From Capsulimonadaceae bacterium (lineage in GTDB: Bacteria; Armatimonadota; Armatimonadia; Armatimonadales; Capsulimonadaceae): 64,000 bases of DNA. A program made the translations under genes and the position numbers. Under the pieces are notes generated by a model that did no database searches, was not told the DNA's origin, and saw nothing but the letters and a program-made list of their open reading frames with translations. Below are positions 29,430 to 39,280 of the stretch, one piece after another (within the stretch, counting starts at the first letter, position 1; every line of letters starts with the position of its first letter). The stretch lies in assembly GCA_965215505.1 (NCBI GenBank), contig OZ244065.1, positions 5,120,001 to 5,184,000 on the forward strand, written 5' to 3'.

Positions 29430-30680
29430 TTGCAGACATTCACCGAACTCGGCCTGCGCGATGCGATCCAGAAGAACCTGGACGCCGCCGGCCACACCAC
29501 CCCCACCGAAATCCAGGCTCTGGCCCTGCCGGAAGCCCTCGCCGGGCGCGACCTCATCGCCTGCGCCCAGACCGGAGGCGGCAAGACCGCCGTCTTCGCC
29601 CTGCCCATCCTCAATAAGCTCCAGCACAGTGACGGCCGCGCCCCGCGCGCCCTGATCCTCGTCCCGACCCGTGAGCTGGCCGTGCAGGTCGAGACGCAGT
29701 TCGCGCTCTACGGCAAGGGCACGGGCCTGCGCGGGACCGCAATCTACGGCGGCGCGGGCATGGGCCAGCAGGTCGCGAAGCTGCGGCGCGGCGTGGACAT
29801 CATCGTCGCGACGCCGGGCCGCCTGTTCGACCACCTGGAGCAGGGCTGCGTGGACCTCTCCGAAGTCGAGATGTTCGTCCTGGACGAAGCCGACCGGATG
29901 CTCGACATGGGCTTTCTGCCCCAGGTGCAGCGCATCGCCAAGCACCTGACCGGCCAGACCCGCCAGACCATGCTGTTCTCCGCCACGATGGACGGCGACG
30001 TCGAGGTCCTGGCCCGCGCCTACCTGAACGACCCGGTCATCATCAACGCCGGGCCGCGCTCCACCGTGGTCGCCGAGATCGAGCAGATCGTTCACCGCGT
30101 CACGGCCTCCGAAAAGGGCGACCTTCTGCTGACCCTGCTGCACGAGGCCCGCGAGGGCGGCGGCGGCGCACTGGTCTTCGCCCGGACCCGCCACGGTGCG
30201 GACCGGCTGGACAAGGTTCTGTTGCAGGCCGGCCTCCGGTCGGGCTGCATCCACGGCGACATCTCGCAGAACCAGCGCGAGCGCGTCCTGGCCCAGTTCC
30301 GGGGCAAGCGGCTCGACGTGCTGGTCGCCACCGACGTGGCGGCGCGCGGTATTGACGTCCCGCACATCACGCACGTCATCAACTACGACGTTCCCGTGAA
30401 CGCCGAGGACTACATCCACCGCATCGGCCGGACGGGCCGGGCGGGACGCTCGGGCAAGGCGCTGACGTTCGTGACGCACGGCGACACCCCGCAGCTTCGG
30501 GCCATCGAGAAGCTGGTCGGCCAGCGGCTCGACCCGAACCCGGTGGACCCGAACGAGAACCGCCAGGGTGCGCGCCAGCAGGTGCGCCGGAGCCAGGGCA
30601 GCGGCCGGACCTATGGCGGCGGCTGGGACGGCGGCGCGATGTCGGGCGGCCGGCGCGGACCGGCGCGGCGCGGACGCTAA
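29430..30680 (+). CDS. DEAD-box RNA helicase (RhlE-like)
   Basis: Q motif, AQTGGGKT, PTRELA, DEAD, SAT, HRIGRTGRAG; TTG start. Confidence 0.95.
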   Translation: MQTFTELGLRDAIQKNLDAAGHTTPTEIQALALPEALAGRDLIACAQTGGGKTAVFALPILNKLQHSDGRAPRALILVPTRELAVQVETQFALYGKGTGLRGTAIYGGAGMGQQVAKLRRGVDIIVATPGRLFDHLEQGCVDLSEVEMFVLDEADRMLDMGFLPQVQRIAKHLTGQTRQTMLFSATMDGDVEVLARAYLNDPVIINAGPRSTVVAEIEQIVHRVTASEKGDLLLTLLHEAREGGGGALVFARTRHGADRLDKVLLQAGLRSGCIHGDISQNQRERVLAQFRGKRLDVLVATDVAARGIDVPHITHVINYDVPVNAEDYIHRIGRTGRAGRSGKALTFVTHGDTPQLRAIEKLVGQRLDPNPVDPNENRQGARQQVRRSQGSGRTYGGGWDGGAMSGGRRGPARRGR

Positions 30681-30690
30681 TGTTTCCATG

Positions 30691-30728
30691 CCCCGGCCTC
30701 CCAATGTGGAGGCCGGGGATATTTTTTT
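30691..30728 (+). terminator. Rho-independent terminator
   Basis: ccccggcctcc-caatgt-ggaggccgggg followed by a T-tract. Confidence 0.85.
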
Positions 30729-30749
30729 GCCTTGCCCAGCCGAAACTAC

Positions 30750-30784
30750 TTGACTCGTGCTTCAACATAGTATATACTTAAACT
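30750..30784 (+). promoter_or_regulatory. marR promoter with overlapping palindromic operator candidate
   Basis: TTGACT-17 nt-TATACT; AGTATA-TACT-TAAACT overlaps the -10 element. Confidence 0.65.
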
Positions 30785-30799
30785 AACCGGACCAAAATA

Positions 30800-31255
30800 T
30801 TGACTGCCGAACTTAGACCACCGCCTGCGGAGACGAACACCTCGCTCAAGACATGGGTACAGCTCTTGCGGACCTACACCAAGGTCCAGCAGCGGATGAG
30901 CCACGTCTTCCGAAGTCACGGCCTGACCTCGCCTCAGTATGATGTTCTGGCAACGCTCCATCACGGCGAGGGCCTGATGCAGCAGGAACTGGCTGCCCGG
31001 CTGCTGGTGACGAAAGGCAACATCTGCGGCGTCCTAGACCGTCTGGAGGCCGCGCAGTGGATCGAGCGCCGCCCGGACCCGGATGACCGCCGTACCAACT
31101 GCATTTATCTGACCGACGCGGGGCGAAGCATCTTCGCCGAGGTCGTCCCGGCGCATCACGCCGTCGTCCGGGAGATTATGGGGCATTTGCAAGCGGAAGA
31201 AATACAAACGCTTCATCGCCTGCTGAAAACGCTGGAAGAAGCAGCAGAGAGTTAG
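30800..31255 (+). CDS. MarR-family transcriptional regulator
   Basis: GLTSPQYDVL, QQELA, LDRLE, DPDDRR...LTDAG. Confidence 0.92.
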   Translation: MTAELRPPPAETNTSLKTWVQLLRTYTKVQQRMSHVFRSHGLTSPQYDVLATLHHGEGLMQQELAARLLVTKGNICGVLDRLEAAQWIERRPDPDDRRTNCIYLTDAGRSIFAEVVPAHHAVVREIMGHLQAEEIQTLHRLLKTLEEAAES

Positions 31256-31276
31256 CCGCTTTTATTTTGGTCATAA

Positions 31277-31307
31277 AGTTTATATGTAAACAGTATCAGT
31301 ATAAACG
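31277..31307. promoter_or_regulatory. Two adjacent operator-like palindromes
   Basis: AGTTTA-TATG-TAAACA and AGTATC-AGTA-TAAACG, the same motif as at 30769. Confidence 0.55.
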
Positions 31308-31421
31308 AGAAAGGAGGATCTTAACGAAGCGGGCACCATCCTCAGCCCGCCGCCTCGCTCTATCCCGCCACCCTGAGAAAGCGCCATCCTGCGCCAAGCA
31401 CCCGTTTAGGAGAGAATACCG

Positions 31422-32009
31422 ATGGAGACATTTACAACCGCCGACAGTGTGGTCATCCTCGTTGACCACCAGACCACGACGCTCGATTGGGTCAAGAGCC
31501 TGCCCAAAGAGACGGTCATCGCGAGCTGCCGCGTCATGGCAAAAATGGCGCAGACCTACGCCATGCCGCTCGTCCTGACCACAACCATGGAGGAATACGT
31601 CGGCCCCACCATTGACGACATCCGCACCGCCGCCCAAGACGCCTTCGATCAGCGCTTCAAACGCGGCGGCCAGCTCAACTGCTGGGATGACCCCGCTCTC
31701 CAGGAGCATGTCAAGGGCCTCGGCCGTCCGAACGTCATCCTCGCCGGGCTGACGACCGACATCTGCCTGTTCTGGGCCGCCATGGGCGCGCTCGACCTGG
31801 GCTACAAAGTGATGGTCGTTGCCGACGGCTGCGGGACCATGACGCCCCTGGGGGACCAGATGACCTTTGACCGGCTGCGGACGGCGGGCGTTACGGTGAC
31901 AGTCACCAACCAGTTCGTGACGGAACTCGTCAACAACTTCGGGACGCCCGAGGGTCAGAAGGCGCAGCAGATCATGTCCGACGAGATCATCTCGAAGCTC
32001 GGCAAATAA
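31422..32009 (+). CDS. YcaC-like isochorismatase-family hydrolase
   Basis: ILVDHQ, NCWDD, LAGLTTDICL, VVADGCG. Confidence 0.9.
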   Translation: METFTTADSVVILVDHQTTTLDWVKSLPKETVIASCRVMAKMAQTYAMPLVLTTTMEEYVGPTIDDIRTAAQDAFDQRFKRGGQLNCWDDPALQEHVKGLGRPNVILAGLTTDICLFWAAMGALDLGYKVMVVADGCGTMTPLGDQMTFDRLRTAGVTVTVTNQFVTELVNNFGTPEGQKAQQIMSDEIISKLGK

Positions 32010-32102
32010 GCCGTGTACCGACTTCCGGCCATGAGACATCGCCGGACGCCGGGGGCGGCCCGCCGCCCCTGGCCCATCTTCAGCCCGCGCTCAGGAGATC
32101 CC

Positions 32103-33545
32103 ATGCGACCCGTCTCCGCCACCACGATCTTGACTGCCTCCCTGCTTTGCGCCGCCCCCCCGGCTCTGTCCCAGACGCCCGGCCCGGCCTCCAACGGCAA
32201 TCTGGACCTGCGGGCCGCGCCGCAGGCCGGGTACAGGCTGCTGCGCTCCGACGAAGACTGGAGCTTCCTGCGCGACCCGTCGAAGCACCGCGACCTTTGG
32301 GACCCGATCAAATACGTCCCGCTGAACGTCTCGGGAAGCTCCTACGTCTCCTTCGGCGGCGAGTCCCGTGTGCGCTACGAGTATTACAGCAGCGTCGGCT
32401 TCGGGCATGGGCCGACGGACCGGGATGGCTACCTTTTGCAGCGTTACCTGCTCCACGCCGATGCCCACTTAGGAACGGGCGCACGCCTCTTCGCGCAGCT
32501 CGGCAGCAGCGAAGAGGATGGGCGCGCGGGCGGGCCGCGCCCGTTCGACCGGGACACGCACGATGTCGTGCAGCTCTTCGCCGATGGGCGTCTGAGCCTG
32601 TCTGCGCGCGAGTCCCTGACGTTCCGAGTCGGACGCCAGCAGATGTCGTTCGGCTCCGCGCGCCTTGTCGGCACCGGGGAGGGCTTGAACGTCCCGACGC
32701 GCTTTGACGGGGCGCGCGCCATCTTGCAAACCGACAGGTGGCGCGTGGACGCCTTCGACACCCGCCCCACTGCCTCCTCCTACGGCGTCGCCGACGGCGC
32801 GGGCCGGTACAAACGCCTCCTCTGGGGCGCTTACGCGACGAACCCGACCCAATTCGGCCTGACCAATGGGCTTGACGTCTACTACCTGGATTTCAAGAGC
32901 CGGAGCGAGACTTACACCAGCGGGACCGGAGCCGAGGAGCGCCGCACCGGCGGCGTCCGCCTGTTCGGCCAGAACGGCGCGATAGACTACAACAACGAGT
33001 TCCTCTATCAGTGGGGCAGTTTCAACGGCGGGAACATCAACGCCTACTCCATCCAGACCGACAACGGGGTCACGGCGAAGCATTGGCATCTGTCGCCGCG
33101 CCTCGGCCTGCGGCTGGACATGGCGACCGGCGACAAGGACCCGACCGGCCGCAACCTCCAGACTTATAACCCGCTGTTCGTCGCGCCTAACTACTACAAC
33201 CAGTCATCCCTGGCGGGCGTGCGGAACTTCGTGGACGTACACCCCACGCTGGATCTGCACCCGGCGAAGACCGTGGATGTTCTGCTGGATTGGGACTTTT
33301 TCTGGCGGGAGAGCCTGAAGGACGGCCTGTATGGTCCGACCGGGGCGGGCGTCCTGACGGCGGCCAACGGCAGCGAGGCCAAATTCGTCGGCAGCACCCC
33401 GGACGTTCAGGTGTCTTGGAACGTAGACAGACACGTCAGCCTGCTCGCCAACTACTCGCGCTTCTATCCGGGCGGCTTTCTGAGGGACAACCACCTGGAC
33501 AAGACGCTGGACTATGTCACGACCTGGGTGGATTACAAATTCTGA
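32103..33545 (+). CDS. Alginate-export (AlgE-like) outer-membrane beta-barrel
   Basis: Signal peptide, LRSDEDWSFL, KYVPL, RVGRQQMSFGSARLV, alternating beta-strands, C-terminal YKF. Confidence 0.85.
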   Translation: MRPVSATTILTASLLCAAPPALSQTPGPASNGNLDLRAAPQAGYRLLRSDEDWSFLRDPSKHRDLWDPIKYVPLNVSGSSYVSFGGESRVRYEYYSSVGFGHGPTDRDGYLLQRYLLHADAHLGTGARLFAQLGSSEEDGRAGGPRPFDRDTHDVVQLFADGRLSLSARESLTFRVGRQQMSFGSARLVGTGEGLNVPTRFDGARAILQTDRWRVDAFDTRPTASSYGVADGAGRYKRLLWGAYATNPTQFGLTNGLDVYYLDFKSRSETYTSGTGAEERRTGGVRLFGQNGAIDYNNEFLYQWGSFNGGNINAYSIQTDNGVTAKHWHLSPRLGLRLDMATGDKDPTGRNLQTYNPLFVAPNYYNQSSLAGVRNFVDVHPTLDLHPAKTVDVLLDWDFFWRESLKDGLYGPTGAGVLTAANGSEAKFVGSTPDVQVSWNVDRHVSLLANYSRFYPGGFLRDNHLDKTLDYVTTWVDYKF

Positions 33546-33557
33546 GGAGGAACCCAA

Positions 33558-34250
33558 ATGAACGAGGATCAGACGCATCGAATCGTCATCACCCAGGATG
33601 GCCCCTATGTCGTCACCGGCAACGTGCCACTCTCTGTGCAGACGATCCAGCCGGATGCAAACGGCGAGTCCTGGGAATGGAAGGAGGGGCAGGTATTTGA
33701 GGCCAAGACGCAATACGCGCTCTGCCGGTGCGGCAAGTCCGGCCACGCCCCCTACTGTGACGGCACACATGCCAAGATCGGCTTCGACGGGGCCGAGACG
33801 GCCACCCGGCTGACCTTCGATGCCCAGAAGACGGTCCTAGAAGGGCCGGCGCTGATCCTGGATGACGCGCGCCCGTTCTGCGCGGTGGCCCGCTTCTGCG
33901 ACGCCGTGCGGAACACCTGGGACTCGATCCCGGAGGCTGACGCCCCGGAAGCGCGGGCACGCGTCATCCATCAGGCCACTCGTTGCCCTTCGGGCCGGCT
34001 GGTCGTCCGAGATAAAGCGACGGGGGAGATATTCGAGACGGCATTCCCGCCGTCCATCGGCGTCGTGGAAGACCCCGCCGAGGGGTGCAGCGGCCCACTC
34101 TGGGTGCGCGGCGGCATCCCGATCCAGTCACAGGACGGGACGCCTTACGAGGCGCGCAACCGGGTGACGCTCTGCCGCTGCGGTCAGTCCGGCAACAAGC
34201 CATTCTGCGACGGAAGCCACGTCGGGGCGCGCTATCAGGACGGGATTTGA
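33558..34250 (+). CDS. CDGSH iron-sulfur protein (two CDGSH domains around a divergent 4Fe-4S domain)
   Basis: LCRCGKSGHAPYCDGTH, CAVARFC...CPSGRL, LCRCGQSGNKPFCDGSH. Confidence 0.92.
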   Translation: MNEDQTHRIVITQDGPYVVTGNVPLSVQTIQPDANGESWEWKEGQVFEAKTQYALCRCGKSGHAPYCDGTHAKIGFDGAETATRLTFDAQKTVLEGPALILDDARPFCAVARFCDAVRNTWDSIPEADAPEARARVIHQATRCPSGRLVVRDKATGEIFETAFPPSIGVVEDPAEGCSGPLWVRGGIPIQSQDGTPYEARNRVTLCRCGQSGNKPFCDGSHVGARYQDGI

Positions 34251-34289
34251 TGAACTCACGCAGCATACTCAAAGAAGGGAACACAGACA

Positions 34290-34625
34290 ATGCAGACCAC
34301 TACCATCGCTCAAGACCGAGCCATCGTCACCCTCATCAACACCTTCACCGTCGAGCCTGGGAGGCAGCAGGCGGTCGTTGACTCGCTCACTGAGGTGACC
34401 GAAAAGGTCATGCGCTTCCTGCCCGGCTTCATCGCCGCCAGCGTCCACAAGAGTCTGGACGGCACCCACGTCGCGAACTACGCCCAGTGGGACAGCGACG
34501 AGCATTTCCAGGCGATGTTCCAGAACGCGGAAGCGGCTGCGCACATGAGGCAGGTTTCGAGCCTCGCCGTCTCGGTCCTGCCGGTCTTGTACGCGGTGGT
34601 CTATGTGGATGCGGAGGCGGCCTAA
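34290..34625 (+). CDS. Antibiotic biosynthesis monooxygenase (ABM)-family protein
   Basis: TLINTFTV, PGFIAASVHKSLDG..VANYAQW. Confidence 0.88.
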   Translation: MQTTTIAQDRAIVTLINTFTVEPGRQQAVVDSLTEVTEKVMRFLPGFIAASVHKSLDGTHVANYAQWDSDEHFQAMFQNAEAAAHMRQVSSLAVSVLPVLYAVVYVDAEAA

Positions 34626-35203
34626 CGCTTCCGCACCAGACGCAGCGCCGTCTCCGCAATCGCCATGGCATTCGGAGACTCGCCATCCTCAGTCGCCCCC
34701 TCTAGTCTTCCTGCCGTGTCCGGGTACAGGTAGATCATGTCGTGCAGGCCCGCGGTCAGTGTCCGCGCCGTCTCGATGTCGGGGCGGACGTACCGGGCCA
34801 TGACCAGGAGCCCGTCAACGATCTCTGCCGCCGTGGTGGCCTTCCAGACGCGCACGTTCTGGCCGTCCATGTACTGCGCGAGTTGCGAGAGGTAGATCGG
34901 CGGTGTGTAGAGCGGCAGGCCATAAGCCGTCAGAGGTAAGTCGCCGTCAAACAGCAGCCTTCCTTCCCCCGCATCCTCTACCGTCACCCGCGCTTCGAGC
35001 AGGGTGCGGAGAGCGCGCAGGCCCTCGGTCAGCGCGACGACCCCCGGAATAGACAACTCCTTGACGGCGGCTTCAAACGACAGGTTCAGGCGGCGGTCGA
35101 ACAGCAGGTCCGCCGCCTCATCAAAGCGGGTGATGATCGGCCGGAGCGCGTCCTGCACGCCGGGCGGCAGATCGTCCCAGTTGTCCACATAGTCCGAGGT
35201 CAT
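34622..35203 (-). CDS. Hypothetical protein
   Basis: 193-aa ORF translationally coupled to proline dehydrogenase. Confidence 0.55.
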   Translation of the reverse strand: MTSDYVDNWDDLPPGVQDALRPIITRFDEAADLLFDRRLNLSFEAAVKELSIPGVVALTEGLRALRTLLEARVTVEDAGEGRLLFDGDLPLTAYGLPLYTPPIYLSQLAQYMDGQNVRVWKATTAAEIVDGLLVMARYVRPDIETARTLTAGLHDMIYLYPDTAGRLEGATEDGESPNAMAIAETALRLVRKR

Positions 35204-36123
35204 TTCACCAAGTTCCGCAGGATGAAGGCGACATTAGCGGGCCGCTCGGCCAGCCGCCGCATGAAGTACGGATACCAGGACGCGCCGAACGGGACGTAGG
35301 CGCGGACGTGGTAGCCTTCCGCCGCCAGGCCCTCCTGCAAGTCGCGCCGGATGCCCAGCAGCATTTGGAACTCGTAGCGGTCGTTGTCCACGCCGCTCTC
35401 GCGCACGAATCGCTTGGCCTCGCGCAGGATGGTCTCGTCCTGGCTCGCGATGGCCGGATGTTCCCCGTGTTGCAGCAGCAGCTTCATCTGGCGGACATAG
35501 GCCGCATCCACGTCTGCCTTGTCCGGGAAGGCCACGGCGGCAGACTCGGCATAGGCGCCCTTGACCAACCGGACCGGTATCTTCTCTTCAATAAGCAAAT
35601 CCAGGTCGGCGTCGGTGCGCCGCAGATAGGATTGCAGCACGGTCCCGACATTTGAAAACTCCTGGCGCGCGGCCCGCACGATGTCCAGAGTCCTCTGCGT
35701 GTAGGCCGAGCCTTCCATGTCCACCCGGACAAAAGCGTCCCGGTGCGCCCGCGCCGCCTCTAGAACGCGGAACAGGTTTTGGGCCGCCATGGCGTCGCTC
35801 AGGTCCAGCCCCAGCGCGGTCAGCTTGATGCTGATGTAGGGGGAAGGCAGGCCCGCCTCGGCGACGGCGTTCAGGACCTCGATGTAGGCGTCCGTCGCCG
35901 CCCCCGCCTCCTGCTCGGTGGCGACGTTCTCGCCCAGCAGGTCCAGGGCCGAACCGATCTTTTTCTCCTGGAGCCGACGCGCCGTGGTCAGCGCGTCCTC
36001 CAGCGTCTCGCCCGCGACGAAGCGTTGGACGATGCCTTTGGACATCCCGTTCTGGACCAGAGTCCGCTTGATCGTATCATTGTCGGCCAGCGCCAGCATC
36101 ACGGCGCGGCTGCTAAAAGGCAT
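35200..36123 (-). CDS. Monofunctional proline dehydrogenase
   Basis: RFVAGET, LDLLGE, SIKLTALG, VDMEG, RLVKGAY, FQMLLG, YFMRRLAERPAN. Confidence 0.94.
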   Translation of the reverse strand: MPFSSRAVMLALADNDTIKRTLVQNGMSKGIVQRFVAGETLEDALTTARRLQEKKIGSALDLLGENVATEQEAGAATDAYIEVLNAVAEAGLPSPYISIKLTALGLDLSDAMAAQNLFRVLEAARAHRDAFVRVDMEGSAYTQRTLDIVRAARQEFSNVGTVLQSYLRRTDADLDLLIEEKIPVRLVKGAYAESAAVAFPDKADVDAAYVRQMKLLLQHGEHPAIASQDETILREAKRFVRESGVDNDRYEFQMLLGIRRDLQEGLAAEGYHVRAYVPFGASWYPYFMRRLAERPANVAFILRNLVK

Positions 36124-36275
36124 GGATTCAGTCTTTCTAGTTTCTTCAGCCCGATCTCCTGGGCCGGGTTTCTTACGCCGGGTGCGCGCGAAAGGTTCCT
36201 AACCCGCCTGCCCTGGTTGACACGCCCTGCGCGATGCGTATAATGGGGCATCATCCTATGACATGGGAGAACCAA

Positions 36276-36664
36276 ATGATCCAAATACTGCTTCTGACCG
36301 GCGAGAACACCCACGGTTGGCATTGGCCCGCCCCCCTCCTGCGGACGATCTGTACCACCGACTGGCCCCTGTCCCGCCGCCCGGCACTCCCCATCACGTC
36401 CTGGCGACCGCCTACTCGGCCCCCGCAACCGGAGGCACGGGACAGCATGAGTCGATAATGACAGTTCCAACCTACGGCCAAGGCCGCATCTTCCACCAGA
36501 TCCTCGGCCACGTCTGGCCCGGCGACCCGGCCCAGGACCCAGGCTCCGCCATGACTTCGCTTGAAAACGCTGGCTTCCAGGCCACGCTGCTGCGCGGCGC
36601 GGAGTGGGCCGCGCCGGGTGAGGTGACTGATGGTTTGCCGGTCGAGCCGACGGTGCGCCCTTAA
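36276..36664 (+). pseudogene. ThuA-like domain gene remnant (internal deletion plus frameshift)
   Basis: RBS plus MIQILLLTGENTHGW in one frame; DDLYHRL...VLATAYS...GGTGQHE...YGQGRIFHQILGH in another; the middle of the domain is missing. Confidence 0.65.
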
Positions 36665-37137
36665 AACCCGAGAGAAACCCCGTAGTCAGCGTTCACGACT
36701 CGCCAGACCTTGGCCGGGATGACGCCGAGCCGGTTCCTATCCTCGCGCGCCCAGTGGAGCGTCACGTCATGCTCATAGAGGACCCGCTCGTTCGCCGCCG
36801 TCACGATGCGGAGGTGGCTCGTCGAGGTCGCCGTGTCGCCCTGTACGCTGACGACCGGGATGGACTGCGTGACCCGAATCGCCGTGTCGCCCTGCACCTT
36901 GTCCAGCAGGAAGCGGAGCTGGGCCGGGCCGGAGACATTCGAGTCGTGGTACTTCTCCGACACGATCCGCATGACGCCGCCGACATCGTGCGCCTCCCCC
37001 GCCGCGCGAGCGGCTTCGAGCTGGTCCGTGATCTGGACCTGGTCGGGGACGTTCGGCGCGCGCAGGAGGATCACGCCCAGCGCGACCAGGCCGAGTACCA
37101 GCGCGAAGGCGAGCAGGACTTTGGAGGAGGATTTCAT
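36661..37137 (-). CDS. Membrane-anchored NTF2/SnoaL-like hypothetical protein
   Basis: N-terminal TM, helix then beta-strands, VSVQGDTAT, WRVV. Confidence 0.6.
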   Translation of the reverse strand: MKSSSKVLLAFALVLGLVALGVILLRAPNVPDQVQITDQLEAARAAGEAHDVGGVMRIVSEKYHDSNVSGPAQLRFLLDKVQGDTAIRVTQSIPVVSVQGDTATSTSHLRIVTAANERVLYEHDVTLHWAREDRNRLGVIPAKVWRVVNADYGVSLGF

Positions 37138-37895
37138 GGCCGCGTGTCCTTTCGCGACTGGAGCCGCCAGCGGAAGTTGAGTGGTCCGATGCCATAGGTC
37201 AGCGAGACGGGCGGCACATGGTAGACGCTGATCCGGGGCAGGCGCAGGGGCGGGTCGTCCTGGCGGACGCGCCCGAACTCGGTCGTCACCGCCTGGGCAT
37301 ACCCCGCCTCGCCCGCTATGTCCTGCACGGCCTCGCTGACACTGCCATAGGGGTAGCAGAGCGTCGTGATCGGCGTCCCCAATCTTTGCTCCAGGGCGTC
37401 CTTGCTCTCCCCCATCTCCCGCCGCGCCTCAGCGGGGCTGAGTTCTGCCAGCTTCGGGTGCGTCGCCGTATGTGCTTCAAACACCACGCCGCCGTCCGCC
37501 TGCATGGTAGCGATCTCGTCCCACGTCAGCAGCGGCGTCGCCTCGTAGCCGTCTGAGATCACCCAGTCGTTCGTTTTTCCGACCCGCTCAGACACGAGGA
37601 AGACGGTGTAGGAGAAGCCGAGTTCTTGGAGCAGGGGATGGACGTTCGTTCTAAGGTTCGCGTAGCCGTCGTCGAACGTCAGCAGGACGGGCTTGAGGGG
37701 CAGCGTCCCCGCCTCGGCGCGGGCGGCGGCCAGCGCGTCAAAGCTGATCGGCGTGTAGCCCGCCCGCTTCAGCATCCGCATCTGCCCGGCGAACTCGTCG
37801 GCCTGGACGTAAAAGTGTTTGTACTTCGGGGGCCGCAGGCCGTCCTCGACGGCGTGGTACATCAGGATCGGGACGGGCGTCCAGGGTGCTTGCAT
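37134..37895 (-). CDS. Polysaccharide deacetylase
   Basis: PILMYH, LTFDDGY, AHTATH, YPYG. Confidence 0.9.
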   Translation of the reverse strand: MQAPWTPVPILMYHAVEDGLRPPKYKHFYVQADEFAGQMRMLKRAGYTPISFDALAAARAEAGTLPLKPVLLTFDDGYANLRTNVHPLLQELGFSYTVFLVSERVGKTNDWVISDGYEATPLLTWDEIATMQADGGVVFEAHTATHPKLAELSPAEARREMGESKDALEQRLGTPITTLCYPYGSVSEAVQDIAGEAGYAQAVTTEFGRVRQDDPPLRLPRISVYHVPPVSLTYGIGPLNFRWRLQSRKDTRP

Positions 37896-37929
37896 ATACC
37901 GACAATGATACCCAAGATTTACCGGCGCT

Positions 37930-38550
37930 TCATCGCGCCCGCAGAGGCCGCGCAAATAGCTCGTCTACAGGCATAGTCCAGCCCGGAACCGCCGGCTCCG
38001 CCTCGGCGGTGTCGCCGCGCCGGTAGACCGTCGGCACGTCCGGTTCGGTCGCACGGTATACCCTCACCACGTCCGCGCCGCGCGTGTCTACGTCCCAGAC
38101 GACCAGCGTCCCGGCGGCGAAGTAGTCCTGGGCCTTCTCCCTGATCTCCCGCTCGGCTTTCGGCCCATAGTCGCCTTTGCTGCGGACCTCGGCGGCGAAG
38201 GCCGGTGCGCCGGGCAGGAAGTCCATCTCATCGTCGCCCGCCGGGCCGGTGTACCAGGCCGCGTCAGGGCTGAATGAGCCTCTGCCCGGCAGGTCCACCA
38301 GAAAACCCACGTTGTCGCTGAAGGCGTAGCCGATGCCTTCCTCCGTCTGACTGCGCCGCTCCTCGTACTGCGACAGGCTGGAAGCGATCTTGAAGGCCAC
38401 GCGGCCCGGCTTGGCTCCCGTCGGGCTCATGCGTACCACCTCTCCGTGGATAATCTCCGCCTTGCCGTTCTCCGGCACGCGGTAGAGTTCTTCAATCGCT
38501 TCCTGCCGCCTCTCGGCCTCGGAGGCTGGTCGCATGATCGTAAGTGACAT
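37930..38550 (-). CDS. Uma2-family endonuclease
   Basis: AEIIHGEV..MSP, SPDAAW, PAFAAEVRS, DYFAAGTLVVWDVD. Confidence 0.9.
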   Translation of the reverse strand: MSLTIMRPASEAERRQEAIEELYRVPENGKAEIIHGEVVRMSPTGAKPGRVAFKIASSLSQYEERRSQTEEGIGYAFSDNVGFLVDLPGRGSFSPDAAWYTGPAGDDEMDFLPGAPAFAAEVRSKGDYGPKAEREIREKAQDYFAAGTLVVWDVDTRGADVVRVYRATEPDVPTVYRRGDTAEAEPAVPGWTMPVDELFARPLRAR

Positions 38551-38584
38551 GTCTTTCCTCTGCCGCAAGTATAGCACATCCTGC

Positions 38585-38772
38585 GCCACGGGTTGAAACC
38601 CGAGGCTGAGAAAAGCCCAGCGTCCAGGGGACGCAGGAGGGGAAACAGCAAGATCGCGTAGGGGCGGGGTCCCCCGCCCTCCTATCCCCGCCCTCTGCTT
38701 CTTGTCCTCTGTTCTTGTCTTAACGTCCCCTGGACGGCGGGCTTTTCTCAGCCTCGGGTTTCAACCCGTGGC
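38585..38772. repeat. REPIN-like element with internal GTAG REP
   Basis: Arms GCCACGGGTTGAAACCCGAGGCTGAGAAAAGCCC...TCCAGGGGACG and their reverse complement; GTAGGGGCGGGGTCCCCCGCCCT at 38658. Confidence 0.82.
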
Positions 38773-39266
38773 GTCCTCGGGATGCCTTCGCGTACCAGGG
38801 CCACGACTTGCTCGTCGCTCAGTTCCGCCGTTTCCTGAGAGATGACGACGCGGCCTGCCCCCAGCCGCAGCCCAATCTCCGTCAGTGCGCGCTCTTCCAC
38901 GTCCGTCAGGCCGCCCTCCGACTCGTCCGGCAGGTGGATGACCATTCGGAACCGGAGAAGCGGCCTCTTACCTCCGCAGGCCCGTCGCAGAAACTCGCCT
39001 ATGACCAGTTGTGCTGTGTCAATGCTGCTAATCAAGACGCGGGGATGGCAGAAGGCGTCATGTATGGTCACGTCTTGTCCCACCGCCGAGGCACTCACTT
39101 CATCGCCGAATGCGACGACCTGCTCCGCGCCACTGATGGCCTGCCCTATCGCTACCCGCGCCGTTCCTTCGATCTGCGTCGGCTCACCCCGGCGCGGCAG
39201 GGCGCGCACGGAAACCCAGTGGCGACGGATGCGAATGTAGACGACCAGGCCAAAACTCAGCATCAC
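38748..39266 (-). CDS. Hypothetical protein, YjaA/MreB-fragment-like
   Basis: AFCHPRVLI, RMVIH, EGGLTDVEERAL. Confidence 0.55.
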   Translation of the reverse strand: MMLSFGLVVYIRIRRHWVSVRALPRRGEPTQIEGTARVAIGQAISGAEQVVAFGDEVSASAVGQDVTIHDAFCHPRVLISSIDTAQLVIGEFLRRACGGKRPLLRFRMVIHLPDESEGGLTDVEERALTEIGLRLGAGRVVISQETAELSDEQVVALVREGIPRTPRVETRG

Positions 39267-39280
39267 TCCTCCCTACCGGA

